Source: a bacterium (lineage in GTDB: Bacteria > Bacteroidota > Ignavibacteria > UBA10030). Taken from it: a DNA stretch of 64,000 nucleotides. This document shows, piece after piece, positions 1 to 8,358 of the stretch; the stretch's first letter is position 1, and each line of letters starts with the position of its first letter. Location of the stretch: NCBI GenBank assembly GCA_043803945.1, contig JAZDJN010000016.1:128001-192000 (forward strand), in the 5' to 3' direction. Under the pieces are notes generated by a model. It searched no databases. It saw nothing but the letters and a program-made list of their open reading frames with translations, and was not told where the DNA came from. Made by a program: the position numbers and the translations under genes.

Positions 1-1242
1 CGTATGAACCGGCTTTTCATCATCCTTCCCATCATCACTTCCCATCTGAAATGTGCCAGGTTGTACAAGTACCAACTGCATGCCTATAGAATTGCTTATC
101 GCAGGTAAATCTGTAGAGGCACTTTTTGTTGCGACCGGAGAAGCAGCCTCTTTCAATCTCTCCCAATATGCAATTTGAGTTTGTGCTTTCTCCCTCATCG
201 TATTGACTTCGGTTGAGTATGGATCGTCTTCAGAATACGTTGTAACAAACCTTTTCCAGGCAGTCGCTTTCAAATCAGAAGAAACATTTCGCTTTTCATA
301 AGCAAGGACATCCTGGAATGCCTTCTGCATTTCTTTCAGAGTAGTTGCCCATGCCTTTTTTACATCTTCTTCTTTCTTCGCCGCGGCGTCGAGATCAGAG
401 AGAATGAATGGTCTTTGGGTAGGTTTGTTCGGGAGGTTGGCATCGGGGAGTTTATCATCACCAGTCACTTGCACGAAGTAAAACTCACCTTCAACAGAGG
501 AGGCCGTCCATGGAATCTGCTTGCCGCCGGATGCTTGCTTAACGCTGCTCAAGACTGTTTTGAATACATCCTCCAATTTTACGCCCGGAGTTTTCATCTC
601 GCGAACCAGCTCCTGAGTGTACAAGCCGTTTGCTCCCTCGCCATCGGCAGCTATGGAGCCAGGGGCAGTCGCATACGCGATGTATGTACCTGTCGGCGCT
701 GTCATCTGCACGAGACCTCTATTTGCGCTTCTGTAGCTTCTGCCAAACGGATTATTGCGGCAAGCATCGAGAATCACAATGTTCATCCTGTTCTGGGCAG
801 CTTCCATCTCTGCAAGAGCGTACCCCACATCAACAGCTTCAAGCTCAACATCCTGCTCTTTTGTAATGTCGGCAGCGATTGGTATCAGGTAGTTACGTCC
901 GTTGGATTGAATACCATGTCCCGCATAATAGAAGAGACCAACACCGCTGCTTTTTATCTGTTGTCCAAACTCACGGATGATTCGTTTCATCTCTTTCTGG
1001 TTCAGGTTCTCTCCAGTCAATACTTTGAATCCGAGACTCTTCAGCGTTGCAGTTATGAGGCGTGCATCGTTGACGGGATTGCACAAGGGGGCCTCTTTGT
1101 AAGCAGCGTTACCAATAACGAGTGCGACGCGTTTTTCAGTTTGAAGTTCTTGCATTGTAGTTTTCATTCCGCGTTGCTGGCTAAAACAGAATGTTGATAT
1201 AAGCAGCAGTAGAGAAAGGAAAATTGTTCTCGCTGAAATCAT
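1..1242 (-). CDS. Exported caspase-like (peptidase C14) protein fused to an FGE-sulfatase (SUMF1-like) domain; 3' end runs off the window
   Basis: Not in the ORF track because it has no stop in the window; translated by hand. ATG at 1242 follows an AGGAGG RBS. Signal peptide MISARTIFLSLLLLISTFCFS, then RVALVIGNAAY...NPVNDA, catalytic YYAGHG and ILDACRNNPF. In-frame NSIGMQLVLVQPGTFQMGS...DEKPVHT at the window edge is a typical FGE-domain start. Confidence 0.85.
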   Translation of the reverse strand, partial: MISARTIFLSLLLLISTFCFSQQRGMKTTMQELQTEKRVALVIGNAAYKEAPLCNPVNDARLITATLKSLGFKVLTGENLNQKEMKRIIREFGQQIKSSGVGLFYYAGHGIQSNGRNYLIPIAADITKEQDVELEAVDVGYALAEMEAAQNRMNIVILDACRNNPFGRSYRSANRGLVQMTAPTGTYIAYATAPGSIAADGEGANGLYTQELVREMKTPGVKLEDVFKTVLSSVKQASGGKQIPWTASSVEGEFYFVQVTGDDKLPDANLPNKPTQRPFILSDLDAAAKKEEDVKKAWATTLKEMQKAFQDVLAYEKRNVSSDLKATAWKRFVTTYSEDDPYSTEVNTMREKAQTQIAYWERLKEAASPVATKSASTDLPAISNSIGMQLVLVQPGTFQMGSDDGKDDEKPVHT

Positions 1243-1316
1243 ATCTGCCTCCTTTCATAATGTGGCAATGTACAAAGCAAGCGAGTTAGCCGCAAGATTG
1301 TCAACTCCAGCAAGTC

Positions 1317-1332
1317 GGGAGCTGGAGCTCCC
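1317..1332. repeat. REP-like palindrome GGGAGCT-GG-AGCTCCC
   Basis: Perfect 7-bp inverted repeat in an intergenic region. Confidence 0.55.
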
Positions 1333-1351
1333 TCCTAGAAAATTAAGATCT

Positions 1352-1486
1352 CCACAGATGGCACACCGAGACACACCGATAATGATTTTATTTGTGCTTT
1401 CTTCGAACAAAATCTTATACTACTTTTTTTCTCAGTGATTATCAGCCTGCCCGCCGAAGGCACGCAGGCGGGTGTGCCAACCGTGG
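1352..1486. repeat. Imperfect long inverted repeat with a nested GC-rich element
   Basis: CCACAGATGGCACACC (1352-1367) pairs with GGTGTGCCAACCGTGG (1471-1486). A GC-rich CCTGCCCGCCGAAGGCACGCAGGCG segment (1446-1470) interrupts the right arm. Confidence 0.55.
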
Positions 1487-1523
1487 TTAAAAAACTCATT
1501 ACCTGTTGAACTGAGCAGTTCCA

Positions 1524-2003
1524 TCATTTCTTCGATTTCTTTTTCTTCCCTTTGCCTTTCAACGATTTCACCTTTTTCACTTTTACTGTTCGTTTCTTCG
1601 CTTTGGATTTTGGTTTTGGTTTTGGTTTCGGTTTTTCCACCGGATCCGATTGCGGACCCTTCACGAGACCGACAACATTTCCATCCAAATCTGTGAACAT
1701 TGCGAAGGTAACCATGTTTGGAATTTCTGTTACAGGGACAATCACCGTAGCTCCCATTTGTACAGCTTTATCCAGAGAGGATTGTGGATCTTCAACCTGG
1801 ATATACACCGTCACAAACGTCGGCTTGTCAGGGGCAGGCGAACTAAAACCTCCACCAATTCCGAGTTTGAGACCGGTATTCACCATGACATAGTTCATTC
1901 CCTCCATTGGCTGGAAATTCCATCCAAACAAGGAAGAATAGAATTCACTCGCGCGTTTGAGATCTTTAGAATAGATCTCGAAATGAACAACTGCTGCACC
2001 CAT
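1524..2003 (-). CDS. VOC/glyoxalase-family protein with a Lys-rich C-terminal tail
   Basis: VVHFEI...FYSSLFGW...GIGGG...YIQVED...FAMFTDLDGNVVGL. ATG at 2003 follows GGAGG. Tail is KPKPKPKPKSKAKKRTVKVKK...KSKK. Confidence 0.85.
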   Translation of the reverse strand: MGAAVVHFEIYSKDLKRASEFYSSLFGWNFQPMEGMNYVMVNTGLKLGIGGGFSSPAPDKPTFVTVYIQVEDPQSSLDKAVQMGATVIVPVTEIPNMVTFAMFTDLDGNVVGLVKGPQSDPVEKPKPKPKPKSKAKKRTVKVKKVKSLKGKGKKKKSKK

Positions 2004-2101
2004 TTGGACCTCCAAAAGTATTTGAGTAATTGTGATTTGAAGTAGATAGAGTTAAAAGAACAGCATTATTCTATTCCGCCCCCTCCAGTCCAACTGATGA
2101 A

Positions 2102-4330
2102 TTACAAATTTCGTTTCCAGAAATCGATCTGGACATTGTTCCAGTGTGCTCTCCCCACCGGATCGCCCACACCATGGCCGCGCATTGGATACACCATCAG
2201 TTCAAAGAGTTTATTGGCCTTAATCAATTCATCAATGAATCGCCAGATATTCTGGATGTGCACATTATCATCATGGGACCCATGGATCAGCATTAACTTT
2301 CCATGTAAATCCTCGGCATACTTCAGCAAGGAATTCTCCTCATATCCTTTCAGGTTCTCCTTCTCAGTTTTCATCACCGCTTCTGCCCACTTTGAATCAT
2401 AGAAACGGTAATCGGTGACCGAGCCTCCTGCCATGCCCGCTTTGAATTCCTTCGAGCGGGTCATCGCCAATATGGTATTCGTACCTCCTCCGCTCCAGCC
2501 ATAAATGCCGAAACGCTCAGGATCGATGCCCGGCTGCTTCTTCATCCAACGAACACCATCAACCAGATCATTCAGTTCAATTTCTCCCGGTGAACGGTAG
2601 AGAATCAAATTCTCGAGCTTCTTGCTTCTCCCGGTCGCAGCACGGTTATCGACCTTCATACAAATGTACCCCTGATTCAATAAGACATTCTCCCATACAA
2701 CATCATTACCGAACGCATTCGAGACCTGAGGAGCTGAAGGGCCTCCATAGACGTAGACAATGACCGGATACTTCTTATTTGGATCGAAATCCTTTGGCTT
2801 CCTAATCGATGCAGGAAGCAGATATCCATCGCGTGCCGGTATCTGAAAAAGCTCCACATATTGAACATCATACTTCTTCAATCCTGCATAATTGCTCTCT
2901 GCCAGCACACTCTTTTTTCCCTTCTTCACTTCATAAAGAGTCAGTGATGGGGGTGCAGTAATATTGGAGTACCGGTCAAAGTAATACTTGCAATTCTTGC
3001 TCAAGGCAATGGCATGAGTACCTTCCTGTTCTGTCAGGACTTCAAGTTGCGTACCGTCAAACTTCACCCGATAGAGATGTCGTTCGATGGAAGATTTTCC
3101 CAATCCGGTAAAATAGACCCATCCCTCCTTCTCATCGATCCCCGCCACAGCTTGTCGAATCCAGAATGCACCTCCTCCCGAGGAACGCATACTCCACTCT
3201 CCGGGTGTCACAAGATTGACAAGCTTCCCTTCCATCGTGAAGCGATAAAGGTGCTCGTATCCATCACGTTCTGACGAAAGAAGAAAATGCTTTCCATCCT
3301 TCAGAAAGTACAGATCGTCGGTCATATTGACCCAGCCCTCATCGGTATCCTTCAAGATAAATTTTGATTTCCCGGACGCACGATCGATGAAGTACAAGTC
3401 GCTCTCTGTTTGTAACCGATTCTGAGTTCGCACACAAACCTGTTTATTATCAGGCAGCCAATTGACCCGGATGATGTACTCATAAGAATTGCGATCGATG
3501 TCGGCCCAGGTGGTTTTCTCGGAACTAATCTCGATGACACCAAGTCGAACCGCAGGATTTTTCTCACCGGCCTTCGGATAGCGTTGGGTTGTTACTGTTG
3601 GAGTCCAGGGTGTAATATCGACATAATGTTGAACGCTCACTCCCGACTCGTCGGTCTGTAGATAAGCGACTGCTTTTGAATCTTCCGACCACCAGTACCC
3701 GATATCGCGCCTGCCAAAGATCTCCTCCCAATAAACCCAGGAGAGTGTTCCATTCAAGAGTGTCTTGGATCCATCATTCGTTAACCGAGCTTCTTTCTTC
3801 TGTACGATGTCGTAAACATACAGATCATTCTCTCGTACGAAAGCGATTTTGTTTCCATCGGGAGAGAATGTTGCAGATTTCTCGTCCTGGGATGTGTTGG
3901 TGATTCGATAAAATTCGGCACTGGGAATATCGAGGATAAAGATGTCGCCCCTAAGAAGGTAAAGGCCTTTTTTTCCATCAGTCGTCATGAGTGTTGGAAC
4001 GGGATTCATTCGCGGAGCCTGCCCATCCGGGAATAACTTGCTGAGGCTCGCTGCAGCCTTAGCCCGATCGAGCATCGGTGTACGTTTGCCAGTGGCTGGG
4101 TCGAATCGTTCCAATGTTTGTTCTGCTGCAGGTTTTCGTGTATCATAGATCACTGCAGTGTTATCGTCGAGCCACCATGTTCTTGGTGTACTGAATGCCT
4201 GAAAAATCGTCGGATCACTCATCGTCTCCAGGCTCAGCTTGAGCGGTTGTTGGGCAACTCCTGTAGTCGTCCAGCAGTTGAGACAGATCAATACAACAAA
4301 GAAAACTATGGAGCTTGAAGATCTTCTCAT
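2102..4330 (-). CDS. Dipeptidyl-peptidase IV family (S9B) serine peptidase, exported
   Basis: Signal peptide; DPPIV-N motifs WVYWEEI, YWWSEDS, RYPKAG; nucleophile GWSGGG; IHGSHDDNVH; YPMRGHG. Confidence 0.92.
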   Translation of the reverse strand: MRRSSSSIVFFVVLICLNCWTTTGVAQQPLKLSLETMSDPTIFQAFSTPRTWWLDDNTAVIYDTRKPAAEQTLERFDPATGKRTPMLDRAKAAASLSKLFPDGQAPRMNPVPTLMTTDGKKGLYLLRGDIFILDIPSAEFYRITNTSQDEKSATFSPDGNKIAFVRENDLYVYDIVQKKEARLTNDGSKTLLNGTLSWVYWEEIFGRRDIGYWWSEDSKAVAYLQTDESGVSVQHYVDITPWTPTVTTQRYPKAGEKNPAVRLGVIEISSEKTTWADIDRNSYEYIIRVNWLPDNKQVCVRTQNRLQTESDLYFIDRASGKSKFILKDTDEGWVNMTDDLYFLKDGKHFLLSSERDGYEHLYRFTMEGKLVNLVTPGEWSMRSSGGGAFWIRQAVAGIDEKEGWVYFTGLGKSSIERHLYRVKFDGTQLEVLTEQEGTHAIALSKNCKYYFDRYSNITAPPSLTLYEVKKGKKSVLAESNYAGLKKYDVQYVELFQIPARDGYLLPASIRKPKDFDPNKKYPVIVYVYGGPSAPQVSNAFGNDVVWENVLLNQGYICMKVDNRAATGRSKKLENLILYRSPGEIELNDLVDGVRWMKKQPGIDPERFGIYGWSGGGTNTILAMTRSKEFKAGMAGGSVTDYRFYDSKWAEAVMKTEKENLKGYEENSLLKYAEDLHGKLMLIHGSHDDNVHIQNIWRFIDELIKANKLFELMVYPMRGHGVGDPVGRAHWNNVQIDFWKRNL

Positions 4331-4415
4331 GATAGTATCTCCTTACTTATAAGATTTTATTTATTGCGTCGTCGAATGAGCAGGGTACTACTCACAGTGT
4401 GACAGTAGAATGACC

Positions 4416-5378
4416 CTATCGTACTTTCCAGAGAAAGTCCCTCTTCTGGAAAAAGTGTCTGATCTGTTGTACACTCATTTCTGATTTTCGCAAAAGTGCT
4501 TCAGAAGAATTAAACGCGTTATGTGGTGTCAGCAGAACATTGGAATGGGAAAGCAGCCGATCGATCAACTCGACGGTGGATGGAATTCCCTTCTTTCTGT
4601 TCCGAAGAGAGACTGCGAGAGTACTTTCCTCTTCGAACACATCCAGTCCAAGCCCGGCAAGATGACCCTCCTTCAGAAGGCGATCCAGATCATGAAGCGG
4701 AGAGAGTTCTCCCCGGGCAATATTGACAAACATGATTCCTTTTTTTGCTGCGTCCAACAGTGCATGGTTGAAGTATGCGCGGTTTTCAGTAGTAAGATTC
4801 ATCGAACAAACAATGACATCCGCCCAGTGAATTCCCTCCTCCTTCGATACAAATTTTACATCTGCTTTGTCTGGCACGATATCGACACCATGGACATGAA
4901 AACCCAGCCCTTTGGCAACCTTGACAATTTCGCTTCCGATCCTGCCGACACCGACGACGAGGAGTTTCTTTCCTTCACATTCAATGCCGGTCAGGCCATC
5001 CCGTTCAAATGATGGAAATTGCCGAATCTGTTGGGGAAGTTTTCTCAAGAGTGCCATTACCATCATCATCGCATGTTCAGCGACTGCCCGCGTTGAATAT
5101 TCATTGAGATATCCCAGCAAGACAGGTGTGGAAACTTGCGCTTTAAATTTCACAAGATGATCATAACCGGTACTGCGGCTCAGAACCGCATCGATTATTC
5201 CACCCCATTCAGGAGGAATGATCGATTGTGTCCGAATACTAATCAGCCGTGCCGGAGGATCCGTATGGCCGGTTTCCTGGATGGTTTTATCGGTCGTTTG
5301 GTAAGAATATTCCGAGCCGAGGAGATGCCGCAATGTCTCGGCTTCTTCTGCAAACGCTTCATAGAAATGGATATCCAT
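4416..5378 (-). CDS. D-2-hydroxyacid dehydrogenase (D-lactate dehydrogenase-like)
   Basis: RSTGYDH, AVAEHA, GVGRIG (Rossmann), NIARG, LDVFEEE, TPHNAFNS. Start reassigned to MDIHFYEAF. Confidence 0.85.
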   Translation of the reverse strand: MDIHFYEAFAEEAETLRHLLGSEYSYQTTDKTIQETGHTDPPARLISIRTQSIIPPEWGGIIDAVLSRSTGYDHLVKFKAQVSTPVLLGYLNEYSTRAVAEHAMMMVMALLRKLPQQIRQFPSFERDGLTGIECEGKKLLVVGVGRIGSEIVKVAKGLGFHVHGVDIVPDKADVKFVSKEEGIHWADVIVCSMNLTTENRAYFNHALLDAAKKGIMFVNIARGELSPLHDLDRLLKEGHLAGLGLDVFEEESTLAVSLRNRKKGIPSTVELIDRLLSHSNVLLTPHNAFNSSEALLRKSEMSVQQIRHFFQKRDFLWKVR

Positions 5379-5566
5379 TGGTGCGATGCCTGCAATACTG
5401 GAATTGATGATGATTTTGATGCGAAGGATTGTAAGAAAAGTTTTAAGAGCGGTCAAGTCACTTATTGTAGAAGCATGGCGGGAATGTACTTTATCCCCCC
5501 TTCTCCTTGCATCGTGGGCAATATTACGATACATTTTAGCAGAAAAGAGAGGGATTTCAACAGACA

Positions 5567-6268
5567 GTGAGCATGAAAAAAGCCGTCATATTATTGAGCG
5601 GAGGCCTCGATTCGGCGACCACCCTGGCTATAGCTAGCCACGAAGGGTATGAATGCTACGCTCTTACGTTCTCCTATGGGCAACGTCATCGATTCGAACT
5701 CGAATCGGCAAAAAAAGTCGCTCAAAGTCTTGGAGTGGTAGAGCATAAGGTACTGTCGATTGACCTCGCCTCCTTTGGCGGCTCGGCCCTCACTGATTCC
5801 ATTGAAGTACCAAAGCAGCGGACAGAACGTGAAATCAGTACAGAAATTCCAGTTACCTACGTCCCTGCAAGAAATACAATCTTCCTCTCATTTGCTCTGG
5901 CGTTTGTTGAGGTGATTCAGGCAGAGGATATTTTTATCGGTGTGAATGCTATTGATTATAGTGGATATCCCGATTGCAGGCCTGAGTATATCTCCGCTTT
6001 TCAGCAGATGGCGAATCTTGCAACCAAGGCTGCGGTTGAGGGAACGATGAAACTGACGATTCACACACCTCTCCTGCGGCTGTCGAAAGCAGAGATCATT
6101 CGAGCCGGCAGGAATTTGGGAGTCGATTACTCTTTGACAAGCAGTTGCTATGATCCTTCTGAACATGGAGATCCGTGCGGATTGTGTGATGCATGCATGT
6201 TACGAAAGAAAGGATTCGCAACGGCCGGAATGACAGATCCATTGAACTATCGAGTAACCGGAGTATAG
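5567..6268 (+). CDS. queC: 7-cyano-7-deazaguanine synthase
   Basis: SGGLDS PP-loop, [21 protein letters not shown]-terminal SCY...CGLCDAC. Confidence 0.96.
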   Translation: MSMKKAVILLSGGLDSATTLAIASHEGYECYALTFSYGQRHRFELESAKKVAQSLGVVEHKVLSIDLASFGGSALTDSIEVPKQRTEREISTEIPVTYVPARNTIFLSFALAFVEVIQAEDIFIGVNAIDYSGYPDCRPEYISAFQQMANLATKAAVEGTMKLTIHTPLLRLSKAEIIRAGRNLGVDYSLTSSCYDPSEHGDPCGLCDACMLRKKGFATAGMTDPLNYRVTGV

Positions 6269-6291
6269 AATATTTTGGAGAGAGGAGCAGT

Positions 6292-6651
6292 ATGGAGATT
6301 TTTGAGGAATTTTCATTCGAAGCATCGCATCGATTACCAAACGTACCCGACGGGCATAAGTGCAAACAGTTGCACGGACATTCCTACCGAGTGGTCGTTC
6401 ATTTAGAAGGGCCAGTTGATCCTCACGTCGGTTGGGTTGTTGATTTTTGGGATGTAGGGAAGATATGTAAACCCGTCATTGAAAAGCTCGATCATCGATG
6501 CCTTAATGACGTTGAGGGGTTGGAGAATCCAACGAGTGAGTACATTGCCCGCTGGATCTGGGATCACGTAAAACCTTCCATGCCGCTGCTCAACAAAGTG
6601 GTTGTAAAAGAATCAGCAACGAGCGGTTGCATCTATCGGGGCGAGGGATAA
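6292..6651 (+). CDS. queD: 6-carboxytetrahydropterin synthase
   Basis: FEASHRL, CKQLHGHSY, LDHRCLN, NPTSE. ATG at 6292 follows GAGGAG. Confidence 0.93.
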   Translation: MEIFEEFSFEASHRLPNVPDGHKCKQLHGHSYRVVVHLEGPVDPHVGWVVDFWDVGKICKPVIEKLDHRCLNDVEGLENPTSEYIARWIWDHVKPSMPLLNKVVVKESATSGCIYRGEG

Positions 6652-6670
6652 CAGGGTTCTCCCGAGCGAT

Positions 6671-7378
6671 CTACACTCCTCTTCGATTTCCGAACAGCTC
6701 AATATGCAATCGTGGACTGAGACGATATCCTCTCCTTTGGCATAGCGTCTTCAGCCATTCCGTTTTTTCCCGAAGCTCATCTTGCTCCCTCGCTTGTGGC
6801 ATCAGAAGGATGTTTTCAAGTGGAATCGAAGCTTGCTGAGCCAGCCTCTCCACCTCAATCAGATCATTTTCTGAATCGATGACAAATTTAAATTGCACAT
6901 TGGCATCGGGCGGTCGATACAACTCCAGATATTGGGAGATGACATCCGGACGCAGCCTGTAGCGTTCATGCGATCGTTCAAACTTTCCTCTCGGAGTGGA
7001 GTTCGAAAGTTTCGGGCTCATGGAAATGAGTTGCGCTCGAAGCGGGATGAATATTGTTGCATTCGTCTCGATTGTACAGTGATAACCATCGGCAGAGAGG
7101 ATTGCACAGAGGTCGGGGAGTTCATGCCGCTGCAGGAGAGGCTCTCCCCCTGTAATGACGACGTGCCTGCTTGGTGATGCTTGGTTTGCTGCAAGGTGAC
7201 GCACGCGCGAATAGATTTGTGAGACGGTCATCTGCTCCAATTCGGGTGCCCAGCTCGTATACGGTGTATCGCACCACCAGCAGCGCAGGTTGCAAATGCT
7301 TGTTCTAATGAATACCGATGGTGTCCCTGCAAGCATTCCCTCGCCCTGAATCGAATGAAATATCTCCGATATCTGCAT
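6671..7378 (-). CDS. queE: 7-carboxy-7-deazaguanine synthase (radical SAM)
   Basis: EIFHSIQGEG, CNLRCWWCDT, ITGGEP, IETN, SPKL, RLSPRLH. Confidence 0.93.
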   Translation of the reverse strand: MQISEIFHSIQGEGMLAGTPSVFIRTSICNLRCWWCDTPYTSWAPELEQMTVSQIYSRVRHLAANQASPSRHVVITGGEPLLQRHELPDLCAILSADGYHCTIETNATIFIPLRAQLISMSPKLSNSTPRGKFERSHERYRLRPDVISQYLELYRPPDANVQFKFVIDSENDLIEVERLAQQASIPLENILLMPQAREQDELREKTEWLKTLCQRRGYRLSPRLHIELFGNRRGV

Positions 7379-7514
7379 AGTTCATTCCGGGTCGGTCACC
7401 ATCTGTTCCTTTGTCAGAAAAATATAAAGACCTCTTGAAACCGCCTCTTGAGAATAGATCTGGTTGGCTGTTTCATCCTAACTAGAAAAGCGGCGGCGAT
7501 GGAATTCGAATCCA

Positions 7515-8138
7515 TCACTCTTTTCTCATTGCGATGGAATTCAGCAGTTGATTGAATTCCCCGGCGGCATCAATGACAGTTTTATTTAATCCAACCAGCT
7601 TGAAGAAAACATTCCCCTCGGTTCCCTCCACGAGAACGCCGAGCATTCTGCAATTTTCTGCCTTCAGAGTATCGACAATGCCAATGCGTTTAAGATATGT
7701 TCCAGTCAGATGGATGGAGGTCATCATGAACCCATTTTTTTCGACGACATCCCGATCAGAAAAAGTCACGTCCTGAAATTCTCTCACCACACGTCCGAGG
7801 ACAGATACTGTGTCTCCGGGTAGAGGAGTGCTGACAAGATAGATGCTACACTGGGCAGGTTCCGGATCTCCCACACTCTGAGGAATTATATACAATCTGA
7901 TCAGACTCGATCCATGATCTGCCTTTATCCATCGCGATGGATGGGACCATTTGAGACCCCCAGTTGGGCCATCAAATGATTCCGGTACAACAGGGCGAAC
8001 GATGGTCTTGGAATCTTCGCTCGTACCGCACCCGAAGAACAGGGCAGCGCCAACTGCACCGATCACAAAGAGCCAAAGAGAACTCCAATGAACGCGAGTA
8101 GCAATTCTCCTGAGGCCTATCATTTGATTTTGTGACAT
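7515..8138 (-). CDS. Hypothetical lipoprotein
   Basis: Hydrophobic N-region ending in a lipobox-like FFGC; coherent 207-aa ORF filling the gap. Start uncertain. Confidence 0.6.
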   Translation of the reverse strand: MSQNQMIGLRRIATRVHWSSLWLFVIGAVGAALFFGCGTSEDSKTIVRPVVPESFDGPTGGLKWSHPSRWIKADHGSSLIRLYIIPQSVGDPEPAQCSIYLVSTPLPGDTVSVLGRVVREFQDVTFSDRDVVEKNGFMMTSIHLTGTYLKRIGIVDTLKAENCRMLGVLVEGTEGNVFFKLVGLNKTVIDAAGEFNQLLNSIAMRKE

Positions 8139-8358
8139 TGTACCTGCAAATCTTATTATGCTTTAAGAATTAGTTTAGCCGAGATACCATTACCAGTGTA
8201 CAATATTTTTTCCATAGATGGAATCGACACAATCTTGAGAATTTGACAGAAAAGCTGCTGTAGTATGTTATACCATAAAAGAATACTTGAAGATATCAAT
8301 TCACAGTGTTAACTTAATTCCAGGTACTATTAACCTCACTACACGTCTGGATATCACT

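Noticed and set aside
415-1197. 260-aa plus-strand ORF in the track
   Set aside because: Antisense shadow of the caspase-FGE gene, which has an RBS, signal peptide and catalytic motifs on the minus strand.
2480-2510. DPP-IV nucleophile motif GWSGGG instead of GWSYGG
   Set aside because: A variant I recall from other bacterial S9B peptidases; the catalytic Ser, Asp and His are all present.
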